Source: Octopus vulgaris (taxonomy: Eukaryota). From it: a stretch of 64,000 bases of DNA. The notes below the pieces were generated by a model. The model was not told where the DNA came from. It saw only the letters and a program-made list of their open reading frames with translations, and did not search any database. Positions 10,662 to 22,401 of the stretch are shown here, one piece after another; position 1 is the stretch's first letter; each line of letters starts with the position of its first letter. The position numbers and the translations under genes were made by a program. The DNA is taken from NCBI GenBank assembly GCA_951406725.2, contig OX597838.1, forward strand, positions 7,502,001 to 7,566,000, in the 5' to 3' direction.

Positions 10662-13661
10662 TCATGGAGGTTTTCTAGCAACTGCTATTTGGTGCATGAG
10701 AGAGTTCGATGCAGCTGCCCTCATCTGCCCCTCCTGCCGTGAAGTTGGTTCATCTGGGACACCTGACAGGAAGAGATCCAGCTTCATTTTAAAGACATCT
10801 GTATCCACCCCATGCAGGTCTCTCAGGTTCTTCGGGAGGATATTGAAGAGCTGTGGGCCTCGGAAGCCCAGGCTATCACAGTATCTTGTCCTACATCTTG
10901 ATGGCAGGTTTGGAGTCCTAGGCACCACGCAGTGGCGCCCAGTTCTGGCATTTGTGTAACTCTCGATGCCAAAGTTCAGGACACTTCCCTCCAGGATCTT
11001 CCAGATGTATATTATGGCATATCTTTCCCGCCTACGCTCCAGGGAATATAATTTTAATCTCTTGAGTCTTTCCCAGTAGCTTACATTCTGCATAGAGGCT
11101 ATCTTCTTTGTGTAGCTTCGTTGGATCGCCTCAAGTTCTGTGATCAACTTGACACTGGATGGTGACCATAGCTGAGAGCAATAGTCAAAGTGGCTTAGGA
11201 CAAGTGTCTTCCAGAGGACCATCATGGTTTCTTGTTCTCTTGTTCTAAAGGTTCTAAGAATCCATCCAGCCAGCCGTCTACATTTCATTGTCAGTTTAGC
11301 AACATGTACATGAAAGGTCGCGTCATCACTCATATGAATACCCAGGTCACGCACTGATTGTGCCTCTGGGATTGCAATCCCTCCGGGTCCAGTGTATTCA
11401 TTGGGTATTGCATTCAGTTTTGCATGCTGATAGTATAAAGCTTGAAACTTTCCAGCATTGAACTGCATGCTATTCTTTTCAGCCCACTTGTATATTTCGT
11501 CCAGCTCACATTGCAGGTGTTTAGTGTCCTCAGGGTTCTGTATTGCCTGTGAAACTTTTGTATCATCTGCATAACTTGTGATCGTGGCTCTCTGCGTGGC
11601 TGAGGGCATGTCTGAGAGGGCCATTATGAACAGTAGTGGTCCCAGAACAGTGCCCTGCGGAACACCGCTCACTATTTGTGTGTTAATGGAGGTGGCCCCA
11701 TTGGCTACTACCACCTGACTTCTATCCTTCAGAAAGTCATGAAGCCATTCTCCCAGTTTTCCAACTATGTTGAGATCACGCAGTTTGTGACATATCATTC
11801 CATGATCGACTTTATCAAAGGCCTTTGCAAAGTCGAGATATATCACTTCCACATTTGAGTGGTTGAGCAGCCGTTTCAGCACCCAGTCATAGTGTTGTAG
11901 GAGCTGAGTTAAACAGCTTCTCCCTGGTCGGAAACCATGTTGGGTGTCGGGCAGCCAGTCATTCTCTTCAAGGAAGGTGATCAGCTTCCTTCTGACTATT
12001 CGTTCCATGACCTTGCTGATGTGTGAGGTCAGAGAGATAGGTCTATAGTTCTTGGCTTCCGCTCTGCTACCTCCTTTATGAATGGGGCATATTTTACCTT
12101 CCTTCAGTTTTCCTGGAAGTTTGCCAGCTGCAAGGAAGCTCTGAAAGAGGAACTGCAGTGGTCTTGCTAGGACTCTCTTACATGCTTTTAGGAGGATTGC
12201 CGGGAATCCATCGGGGCCAGTAGCTGAGTCTGTTTTCATTTCATCTATAGCCTTGGTTACATCGTCTTCATTTATATCGATGTAATCTATCGTCGCCGCC
12301 TCTGATTTTATATCTGCAGTGGTAAAAAAGTCAGTTGGATTGGTGATTTGGAGATGCCCAAGGGGTGGAGTGAAAACACTCTTGAATTGCTCATTCAGTA
12401 TTTCACTTACCCTCATTGGTTTTCCTGTAAGTGTGCCATCCTTTTCGAGGAGTGGCCCTATTCTACAGTGCACTGTAGCTGTTTCTTTGGCATACCTGTA
12501 GAAAGCTCTGGGGTTAGATTTTATGTTTTCTATAGCCCAGGCTTCTTTGTCTGCTCTTTCTTTTTCATGGGAGAGTTGCAGACATTTTTCGATTTCCAAC
12601 AGTTTTATTTTTAGGCGGGACTTTTCACTGCTTTCAATCTGTTTGTTTAGGCGATTTGAAAATTTCGTACGCCGTCTCATTAAAATTTTCCTCTCTCTGG
12701 GGATTTTGTTCTTGTGTACAGTGGCCTTTCTCTCTGGGACACATTTGTAGCATATGGCTTGCATTACAGACATGAATTGTTGAAGTTTCACGTCGATGTC
12801 TGGCGAGGAGAGACATTCAGGCCAGTTTTGTTTGAGGATCTCTTTCTCAATTTGTTTCCAGTTTGCCTTATGGTAGTTCAAGCTGGAAAGATTTTGAGGG
12901 TTTCTTGTAGGCTGCATGTCCGTGCTCTCTTTTGGCCCGTACATGGTCAGCTCTACCATGTTGTGATCCGAGAGTAGTGTCGGTGTCACTTTCACATTAT
13001 GGATGAGATCCATGTCATTTGTGAAGCAGAGATCCAGTGTGTTACCTGCCCTGGTTGGTTGGAGTATTACCTGCTCCATGTACAGGGTGTTGATGAGGTT
13101 CAGGAGAGACCTCGCCTGTCCTCGTTCACATCTTGTCATTCCTGGGAGAGAAAGGCCCTCGGGCCATCTGACATTGGGCAGATTGAAGTCTCCCATAAGA
13201 AGCACACCTATGTGTTGTTCTAATGTGGTTAGAATTTCTTCTATTTTTATAAGGCAGTCTTCGAACTTGCCCACATGGCTTGGGGCATCTGGAGGGCGAT
13301 ATGTAGCACACACAACTACATCAAGTTGCCTAATATGTACAATTAGTGTGTCACACACCGAGTTTGAGTATGACAGGAGGACCTGGGGTGTGAGGTCCTC
13401 ACGGATGTACATAGCAACACCTCCATGACTCCTTTCTTTCCTGTCGGTCCGTAGTACAGCATACTGTGGTATGTGTAACTCCGCATCTGCTATGTCCGGT
13501 TTCAGGTGCGTTTCTGTAAGTGCTATGCATAAGGCTTGATTGCATGCAACAAAGTCTCTCAGGAACGGGATCTTTGTCCTGTTACTGAGTGTTTGCAGTC
13601 CTCTGATGTTCAGTAGGAGTATCGAGGTGAGGTGTACGTTGTTGTTGCCGGCGGTGTCCAT
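10662..13661 (-). CDS. LINE ORF2: apurinic-like endonuclease plus reverse transcriptase (~999 aa from the first ATG at 13661; the track start at 13769 is GTG)
   Basis: APE motifs LLNIRGL, LTETHL, GGVAMY, YRPP, MGDFNLP, TLDLCF, SDH; RT motifs GPDG, NYRPISLTS, QHGFRPGRSC, YLDFAKAFDKVDH, SGVPQGTVLGPLLF, YADDTK; CR1-like C-terminus YWERLKRLKLYSLERRR; no stops. Confidence 0.95.
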   Translation of the reverse strand: MDTAGNNNVHLTSILLLNIRGLQTLSNRTKIPFLRDFVACNQALCIALTETHLKPDIADAELHIPQYAVLRTDRKERSHGGVAMYIREDLTPQVLLSYSNSVCDTLIVHIRQLDVVVCATYRPPDAPSHVGKFEDCLIKIEEILTTLEQHIGVLLMGDFNLPNVRWPEGLSLPGMTRCERGQARSLLNLINTLYMEQVILQPTRAGNTLDLCFTNDMDLIHNVKVTPTLLSDHNMVELTMYGPKESTDMQPTRNPQNLSSLNYHKANWKQIEKEILKQNWPECLSSPDIDVKLQQFMSVMQAICYKCVPERKATVHKNKIPRERKILMRRRTKFSNRLNKQIESSEKSRLKIKLLEIEKCLQLSHEKERADKEAWAIENIKSNPRAFYRYAKETATVHCRIGPLLEKDGTLTGKPMRVSEILNEQFKSVFTPPLGHLQITNPTDFFTTADIKSEAATIDYIDINEDDVTKAIDEMKTDSATGPDGFPAILLKACKRVLARPLQFLFQSFLAAGKLPGKLKEGKICPIHKGGSRAEAKNYRPISLTSHISKVMERIVRRKLITFLEENDWLPDTQHGFRPGRSCLTQLLQHYDWVLKRLLNHSNVEVIYLDFAKAFDKVDHGMICHKLRDLNIVGKLGEWLHDFLKDRSQVVVANGATSINTQIVSGVPQGTVLGPLLFIMALSDMPSATQRATITSYADDTKVSQAIQNPEDTKHLQCELDEIYKWAEKNSMQFNAGKFQALYYQHAKLNAIPNEYTGPGGIAIPEAQSVRDLGIHMSDDATFHVHVAKLTMKCRRLAGWILRTFRTREQETMMVLWKTLVLSHFDYCSQLWSPSSVKLITELEAIQRSYTKKIASMQNVSYWERLKRLKLYSLERRRERYAIIYIWKILEGSVLNFGIESYTNARTGRHCVVPRTPNLPSRCRTRYCDSLGFRGPQLFNILPKNLRDLHGVDTDVFKMKLDLFLSGVPDEPTSRQEGQMRAAASNSLMHQIAVARKPP

Positions 13662-14524
13662 CCTGTGTCTGTTTGCTGTGGTGGTCTGGTATATAGTGGG
13701 TAGTCCCACCTGCGGGCTTGGGTTTGATGAAGCCAGGTCAGCTGCTGTACGATCTTTTGTGCCATGCACAAAAAAGATTGTTGCTCAGCAGCTGCTCTTT
13801 CGACAACATCATGTTGGCTGTTTGTGGCGCGCACAACATCTGCGTACCTCCGCTTTGGGGCAGGTGGTGCGTAGTCCATCCCTTTTCTTTGTGTTGATGG
13901 TTTGTCCATCTGCCTCGTGTCTCTGTGGCAGGGTCCCCGATGTGCAAAGCGGCAGCCTGCACCTTCCTTTCCGTGCCAGCAGGAACCTCTCAGGTAGAAC
14001 ATACACACCCGTGTGCGCTGTTTGGTTCCATCCTTTGCGGTTCCACTTCTACTCCTGGTTGTGTCTCTCTTTGGTCCTGCTTGAGCTTTTTCTTTTCCTT
14101 TAGCTCTTCCAGTCCTTCTTTTAGTTCTTCTTCCTCCCTCTACCTCTTCACCGGGTTCTCCGTCTCTATGGCCCTTGCTGCCGGTTGGAGAACTTGCACC
14201 TGGGTTCACTTCCCGGGCAGGTTTCTCATTCAAAACCTCCTCCTGGGCGTCCACCAGGTGGGGGTGACTTCTTTCATCGTCTCCATTCTTGCCATCTTTG
14301 CTCCGCTCGTTCTCAAAGATGGCATCAAGTGCGCCAATGTGCGACCGTACAAGCGCATATGAGCGCACGAATTCCTGTCTCTTTCGCTCCATCTGAGCCG
14401 CTGTCCTCTTGTAGCCTCTGCTCTTCAGCGCAGCCGCAATCACCTCGCTAGGGCTATCTCCGCCGGCGCACTCCCATGCTCGTACAAATAAATCCAGCTC
14501 GTCACGTCTCCATGCTCTGGACAT
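13610..14524 (-). CDS. LINE ORF1 (304 aa): N-terminal Myb/SANT trihelix-like domain, basic linker, CCCH zinc finger
   Basis: W..DE..LF..AW...IAAALKSRGYKRTAAQMERKRQEF..SY fits the Myb/SANT-like (Myb_DNA-bind_4 type) pattern; CMFYLRGSCWHGKEGAGCRFAH is C-x7-C-x8-C-x3-H; lies directly upstream of ORF2 and overlaps it. Confidence 0.8.
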   Translation of the reverse strand: MSRAWRRDELDLFVRAWECAGGDSPSEVIAAALKSRGYKRTAAQMERKRQEFVRSYALVRSHIGALDAIFENERSKDGKNGDDERSHPHLVDAQEEVLNEKPAREVNPGASSPTGSKGHRDGEPGEEVEGGRRTKRRTGRAKGKEKAQAGPKRDTTRSRSGTAKDGTKQRTRVCMFYLRGSCWHGKEGAGCRFAHRGPCHRDTRQMDKPSTQRKGMDYAPPAPKRRYADVVRATNSQHDVVERAAAEQQSFLCMAQKIVQQLTWLHQTQARRWDYPLYTRPPQQTDTGWTPPATTTYTSPRYSY

Positions 14525-14579
14525 GCTGGATAATCCGTCTATCCGTTTATCTATCTAATTATGTTCGAGAGAAGACAGG

Positions 14580-15605
14580 AAGATATTAAGGCTAATTAGA
14601 AGATAGAGTACTTGAAAAAGAAATATTAACAATATTAAAGTTTGTGTAAAGACGTTATTTGGGTAAAAACGTTATTTAATCTTAAGGCTAATTAGGAGAT
14701 AGAGTATCTGAAAATATATTAGCAATATTAATATTATATTAGAGTGTGGGTAAAAAAAACGTTATTTAATCTTAAGGCTAATTTGGAGATAGAGTATCTG
14801 AAAATATATTAGCAGTATTAATATTATATTAGAGTGTGGGTAATATTAAACGTTATTTAATTTAATCTTAAGGCTAATTAGAAGACAGAGTATCTGAAAA
14901 ATTATATATACAATATTAAGCAATATTAACCGTTATTTAATTTAATCTTAAGGCTAATTAGACGTTATTAATATTAAACGTTATTTAATTTAATCTTAAG
15001 GCTAATTAGAAGATAGAGTATCTGAAAATATATTAGCAATATTAATATTATATTAGAGTGTGGATAAAAACGTTATTTAATCTTAAGGCTAATCAGGAGA
15101 TAGAGTATGTGAAAATATATTAGCAATGTTAATATTATATTAGAGTGTGGGTAATATTAAACGTTATTTAATTTAATCTTAAGGCTAATTAGAAGATAGA
15201 GTATCTGAAGAAGTATTAACAATATTAAAACAATATTAAACGTTATTTAATTTAATCTTAAGGCTAATTAACAGTAATTATTAACAATATTAAACAATAT
15301 TAAACGTTATTTAATTTAATCCTAAGGCTAATTAACAATAATTATTAACAATATTAAACGTTATTTAATTTAATCCTAAGGCTAATTAGACGTTATTAAT
15401 ATTAAACGTTATTTAATTTAATCTTAAGGCTAATTAGAAGATAGAGTATCTGAAAAATTATTAACAATATTAAAACAATATTAAACGTTATTTAATTTAA
15501 TCTTAAGGCTAATTAACAATAATTATTAACAATATTAAACTATATTAAACGTTATTTAATTTAATCCTAAGGCTAATTTGACGGTATCAATATTAAACGT
15601 TATTT

Positions 15606-15610
<5 letters not shown>
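14580..15610 (-). repeat. Modular tandem-repeat array at the LINE 5' end (putative 5' UTR or promoter monomers)
   Basis: 14 copies of AAGGCTAAT inside the block AAACGTTATTTAAT(TTAAT)CTTAAGGCTAATT, spaced about 48-96 bp, separated by recurring sub-modules (GAAGATAGAGTATCTGAAAA, CAATATTAA, TATTAGAGTGTGGGTA). Confidence 0.9.
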
Positions 15611-15641
<31 letters not shown>

Positions 15642-15799
15642 TATATAGATATATATGTATATATTTATATCTATATATTTATATATATATGCATATATAT
15701 ATAAATATATATGTATGTATGTATATATATATACATATGTATAAATATATATATTTATATGTAGATATATATCTATATACACACACACATATATATATA

Positions 15800-15872
<73 letters not shown>

Positions 15873-16332
15873 CTGTGCATGTATTTATATAGAACGAAAG
15901 TAATGTAGATATAATTGAATATATAACAAACTAATATAATATTATATATGGTAATATGTGTTACGACATGCATATAAAATTGTATCGATTGCTAATTATA
16001 TTTTTCTTTCGTTTAATACATTTCCTTAAAATGTTTTATGTTACCTCGCGCGCTTATTTAACAATTACATCCTGTTCTTTTTGTCTTTTGTGTGTGTTTG
16101 TGTTTGTGTTTTTTGTGCTCTGCTGTTTCTTTCTTGTTTTTGTTTTGCTTCTTTATTTTAGTGTGTGTGTTTTTTTTTATCTCTCTCTGCTGCAGAGAAT
16201 ATTTACCAATATTTCATTCCTTCCAATGTTTTCTTTTATTTCATTCCAAGTGACTTATGAATACCATGGGGAAGCACGAGCATATCACGCATAAAAACAA
16301 CTGCATTGCCTTTCCTGCATGCATATATAATC

Positions 16333-16391
<59 letters not shown>

Positions 16392-16410
16392 TGTCTGTGT
16401 ACATATACGA

Positions 16411-16451
<41 letters not shown>

Positions 16452-16462
16452 TATGTATCTAT

Positions 16463-16494
<32 letters not shown>

Positions 16495-17088
16495 TGTATG
16501 TACGGGAATTTTTCTCATATGAAGTGTATATACATATATAAATATGTGGGAGTTTGTGCGCCTATACATGCATATATACGTGTGTATGTACATGTAGTAT
16601 ATCTATAAGTATTCTATATATATATATATATATATATTTATTTACATATATAAAATATTTTTATGTAACTTTTGAATTTTGCGGAAATACGCATTAAATA
16701 GTACTTTGAAAAACTCTGAAGAGTAAACCTGAGGCATGCTTGCAAGTAATTTCAGATTTAATATATTTGTATATGTCTGTATATAAATATATATATATAT
16801 ATCTATATTTGTGTATATATGTGTATTTGCACGTGCATATATGAGTGGCGCTCTGTATGTGTCTGTCTGTGTATGTATTTGCGCGTGTGTTTATATACGT
16901 ATGAACATACATATAAGCGTACATGAAGATATCTAGAAGAATAAAGGCATGTGTGTGTGTTAAGCATGTATATGCGCGTTTCAGTATATATATACTAATA
17001 TGTTTCTGCATGTATGTATAGTATATATATATATATATGCATATATTTATATATATATATATATACGTACATACACATATATCTATCT

Positions 17089-17137
<49 letters not shown>

Positions 17138-17304
17138 TATATGTATATATATAGATGTGTGTATATATGTGTATATATTAATGTATGCATATATGTATAT
17201 ATAAATGTGTGTATATATATGTATATATATGTGTATATATAAATGTGTATAAATACATATTCATATACACACACATATATATATATATATATGTGTGTAT
17301 ACAT

Positions 17305-17352
<48 letters not shown>

Positions 17353-17855
17353 GCAAACACATATAGCTATGTGTATTGATATACACGGCAAAAAGTAAAT
17401 TGCCAGCAAAAACAAAAAAGATTAAGAGAACAAAATGCAAACACAATAATTATGGAAATCAATAGAGTTGTCATTTTAGAAACAAAAGAAGAGAATATCT
17501 TTGATGCTAGCCTCCAGATATTTGAAACAGTTTGGCAAATAATTTAATTAAGATAAACTAGCAATAACGTCAAACAACAATAAACAAAGAGAAGGCACCA
17601 TTTTTCAAAATGCTTCAATAATGATATGGTATCGATTCTTTGGCAGGAAGTCTTCATGCACCGCACAGGCAACACAGCTTTACAAAGACACACTGCCAGA
17701 TATATCCGTGTGTTTGTTTGCGTGGCTGTGTATGTGAGTATGATGGTTTGGGTGTTGAATATATATGTGTATGTTCTTCAGCTTGAGAATGCGCGTATGC
17801 CTTTTTTGAGTTTGTGCTTCGCTATTTACTGCATGAAAACCTGATTCCGCATGCA

Positions 17856-17932
<77 letters not shown>

Positions 17933-17973
17933 GTATGTATATGTATATATATATATATATATATGTACGTATG

Positions 17974-18004
<31 letters not shown>

Positions 18005-18097
18005 TTTATGCATGCATATATGTACATATATACATATATATGTCAATGGATATATATATCAATAAATATAAGCACACACACACACACACACTTACAT

Positions 18098-18166
<69 letters not shown>

Positions 18167-18869
18167 TATGTGTTGTGTATGCATATTTTTATATTTACTT
18201 ATACACCTACGTTTAAAATGTATATTGATGTACAGGATTTTGTTTATTAATGTATTGAGAGATGCATATTTTCCAAAGATCGGAACGTAAAAATATATTA
18301 ATAAAGAATATTTATTGTATAATGTAAGACAATGCAACAAATAGACAGGCCACAGTAAAGCCCAACAATATCCCTTATACTCGTATATTGTTTATCTGCG
18401 AATGTAAATTATAATATATAAAATACGTATATGTATATGTCTTTGTAATGCATATATAGATATAAACATATGTATTTATATATTTGTATATATACATATA
18501 TATATGTATATGTATATGTACATATATTTGTATAAGTGTGTCTGTGTGATATGGTCGTAGTGTGAATGTAGAAACATTATACCTGTGTTATTTTCTCGTG
18601 GAATATTGATAAATATTGAATGACAGGTAATATCGAACATCTATCCTCAGCATTCTCAAAGATCGCTCACTGAATTCCAGTCTGGCTGCTTTAAACATTA
18701 CTTGTAAAATTTATGCTTTTTCTGTCATGTACAATTTTCGCTGTATGATCAATTTTATATATCGATACATGCAAACATATGTTTCCTGGGTGTATGCATA
18801 TATATATATACAAACATACATTCAAAAGTTCTAACTCCTTCATGCACATATGCTTCAATACACACACGC

Positions 18870-19630
18870 GCTTACTGGGGTCGTTGTAATCGACTGTCCC
18901 CTGCCCTCAAATTTCAGGCCTAGTGCTTACAGTAGAAATGATTATTATGCTTAGTTCTAAGGCGGCGAGCTGGCAGAAACGTTAGCAAGCCGGGCGAAAT
19001 GCTTAGTGGTTTTTTCGTGTGCAGCTACGTTCTGAGTTCAAATTCCGCCGAGGTCGACTTTGCTTTTCATCCTTTCGGGGTCGATTAAATAAGTACCAGT
19101 TACGCCATGGGGTCGATGTAATCGACCAGCCCCATTCCCCAAGGCATTGGGTCTAGAGTAGAAATTAATGTTATTGTTAGTTCTAGGTGGTGAGCTGGCA
19201 GAATCGTTAGCACGCCGGGTGAAATGCTTAGCGCTATTTCGTCTGCCGCTACATTTTGAGTCCAAATTCTGCCGAGGTTGACTTTGCCTTTCATCGTTTC
19301 TAGGTCGATAAATTAATTACCATTAGAGTTATGGGGGTCAATGTCATCGACTTGCACGCTTCCCACAAAATTTCAGGACTTGTGCCTATAGTATAAAGGA
19401 TTATTATTGCTTCCAGAACGAGCGAGTTTAGAAGAACTCTTCGTGCGTTGGAAAAAGCTTAGCGTTATTCGGACATTTCACGTTCTGAGTTCAACTACTC
19501 CCGAGTTCCACTTTCTTTTTAGTCATTTCTGAATGGTTAAAAGAAGTCGCATTCAAGAACTATGATCGTTGTAATCAGGTAAAGACGCCTCTAAAACCGG
19601 AGGCCCTGCACTGAAAATTTGAAATCGCTA
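18870..19630 (+). mobile_element. Tandem cluster of 3-4 SINE family B copies (tail 2, ending in ATT repeats)
   Basis: Heads GGCGGCGAGCTGGCAGAA at ~18961 and ~19187; repeated GCCTTTCATC body; tails CAGGCCT.GTGC...TAGAAA.GATTATTAT. Confidence 0.8.
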
Positions 19631-19879
19631 TTCTTCTCACGCTATGAAATAAATTTAGCCACTTCACTCATTTGAGGAAGTTGAAAACGGACCATACTGT
19701 ACATTTGAAAACTATGAAAATGCGACGATGCGCATTCTGACCAGAAATCTGTAACATCTTATTGTCTGGGCGATACAACGAAATATATATATATACACAC
19801 ACGTGTGTATATATGAAGTTATACACACGTGTGTATAACGAAATATATATACACACACACGTTAATCTTTCTCTTTACT

Positions 19880-20260
19880 CTCTTTACTTGTTTCAGTCAC
19901 TTGACTGCGGCCATGCTGGAGCATCGCTTTTTAGTCGAGCAAATCGACCCCAGGACTTATTCTTTGTAAGCCCAGTACTTATTCAACCGGTCACTTGTGC
20001 CGCACCGCTAAGTTACGGGGACGTAAACATACCAGCATCGGTTGTCAAGCGATGTTGGGAGGACAAACGCAGACACACAAACATACACATACATATATAC
20101 GACGGGCTTCTTTCAGTTTCCGTCTATCAAATCCACTCACAAGGCTTTGGTCGGCCCGAGGCTATAGTAGAAGACACTTGCCCAAGGTGCCACGCAGTAG
20201 GACTGAACCCGGGACGATGTGGTTGGTAAGCAAGCTACCTACCACACAGCCACTCCTACA
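19880..20260 (-). mobile_element. SINE family A, full copy (tRNA-like head, CORE-like segment, internal microsatellite, LINE-like tail)
   Basis: Head AGGAGTGGCTGTGTGG...GGTTCAGTCC (A/B boxes), GGCACCTTGGGCAAGTGT, tail GCTCCAGCATGGCCGCAGTCAAGTGACTGAAAC; many copies in window. Confidence 0.85.
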
Positions 20261-20929
20261 CCTATATATATACAAAATGTATATAAATATACACACACAA
20301 AATGTATATATACACACGTACATACATACCTATGTACATATATTGTTATGAATGATGTCTCATATACAAGAAAAACACGGTAAAATAGAAGCTTATTTCC
20401 TACGTAACGAAATGCATTTGTAATATTTAAAAGAAGAAAACGTAAAATTAAATGGAACACAAAACTTCTCCTTTGGCTTAACAGTGAATCAGCGAAGTTC
20501 ATGACTTAGCAGAAATAAAATTACTTTCTCTTTCACAGATTTATATTCATCTATATTTATAAACGCGCTTCTTTGTGTGTCTGCGTGCTCGCCTGATTGT
20601 ATATGTGTGTGTATGTATGTTCGTATAAAGTTGTGTATATACATATGTATAAACCATTGTGTCAGGTCATTAAACCCACGCTTTGCTTTCGGGCGACTTC
20701 GTCTTTAGTGTATCTCATGTTAAATAATACTTTTCTTATTTCTAAATATTATAAGATATGGTAACATAGATCAACACGATATAAAAACTTTTCTTCGCCG
20801 TCTTATTGATGCAAATTGATATTCTCACAGAAATTATTACTTGTACAAAAACTATATTGCTTTTCCACCTGTATATACCTGCGTCTTTATATTTTAGATT
20901 GATTTTTTTTTATCGCGGAAACGTAAATA

Positions 20930-21661
20930 CGATGTGCGTTCAAAAAGTAAACGGCTGCACTTTCTCCTGCCAAATCGGATGCCGCGTAGTAAAATGCTTT
21001 ACATGGGGGGTGACGGGAACCTTCCTGCCCATACTTGAAAACCTTCGCGCCCGTCGACTATCTCGGTTCACGGCTGTTACCTTTGGAAACATACGTGTAG
21101 TGCGCGCTCGTCGGATTTTCGTCTCTAAACAAGATGATGAATACATCTTGCAGAGACCTTAAAACCAAGTCACACAACTAATGTCTGGGTCAGGGTTTGC
21201 GCAGTCCGTCGTGCCCTGAGTGATTTCCATATGAAGTTGTTTTGCTGTTCAGCTGAGGCTCTCTGAATGCACAAATCATCCGTTAAAATAGAATACCCCT
21301 ATCTTGTACCGATCCGCACTTTGCGGGCATTTCCCTGGATTGTTCCACGGGAGTCTTCCCATGATTATCCGCCGAAACTTCTCAGCCACTTTTTCGTTTG
21401 GTTTACGTATGGTCTGCCTGAGCGTGCCTCGCTACCCACAGAGGTCCGGCCATGTTTTGAGTCTTGCCCATGGCATCATTGCAAAAGGAAATCTTCTGAA
21501 TGGTTTAAGTATGAAGATGACCAATCTTTTAGCAAAACTTGATGAAATATTTCTACCGATGAACATGAAGTATGTCTCCACCTCCAACATGAAATATTTT
21601 CGGCCACACGGTATTAGTTTTGCGAAGAAAATAATGTCAGATAGTTTTTGAACGTACTTCG
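20930..21661. mobile_element. Internally deleted and rearranged mariner element with TIRs and TA target sites
   Basis: TA|CGATGTGCGTTCAAAAAGTA ... TAGTTTTTGAACGTACTTCG|TA; transposase HTH remnant (DAMGKTQ, GRTSVGSEARSGRP, SILTDDL) on minus at ~21170-21490. Confidence 0.8.
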
Positions 21662-21941
21662 TATATATTCTTTGAGATTATATACGCCAATTCCCACACT
21701 GAAATACATGAACTGTTGTAGTATTCAAATGAACCATGAGATTGGCCTCGTCAACAAGGTTCGGTAAAAAATAAAATAATAGTAAAGGTATTTTCAACCG
21801 AGGACGTATCTTGTCAGAGGTCTTCTGAGGTGAAATGGCCATACCCCTACTTCTCTTCCATATTTCGCTGCTTGCTTGCTCACCCATTCTCCTTCCACTC
21901 CTATTCTATAACATCAATAACATATATATATATATATTATG

Positions 21942-22066
<125 letters not shown>

Positions 22067-22297
22067 ATGTATATGAACGTATATATATATATACACATAT
22101 ATATAAACATACATATATATGCATACATATTCATGCATATGTATGTGTGCGTATATATATATATAAACATCTCTGCCACTCTCTCTCTCTCTCTCTCTGT
22201 CTATCTATCTCTCAATAAATGTGTGCGCGCGTGGATCTGTGTGTGTATCTGTGTGTATGATCCTTGATTTACATTCTATTTTATCCTGCATCTATAT

Positions 22298-22401
<104 letters not shown>

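Larger units (their letters stand above)
10581..15610 (-). mobile_element. Apparently full-length, intact non-LTR retrotransposon (CR1/L2 group): 5' repeat array, ORF1, ORF2, short 3' UTR with stem-loop, (TCAA)n tail
   Basis: Two long overlapping minus-strand ORFs; ORF2 has APE and RT motifs; 3' end reads GGCGGTGCCCCAGCATGGCCACAGCTCATAAGCTGAAACTAGAATCAATCAATCA on minus; flanked by (TA)-rich microsatellite; a second 3' copy lies at 23449-23868. Confidence 0.93.

Noticed and set aside
10588-14451. Plus-strand ORFs overlapping the LINE
   Set aside because: Antisense shadows of ORF1/ORF2 with no motifs.
14580-15610. CRISPR-like appearance (constant ~30-bp block with variable intervals)
   Set aside because: The intervals are re-used related modules rather than unique spacers, lengths vary widely, there are no cas genes, and the context is a eukaryotic LINE 5' end.
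16225-16320. Possible host exon after a pyrimidine tract and AG
   Set aside because: No convincing donor site, reading frame or protein similarity.
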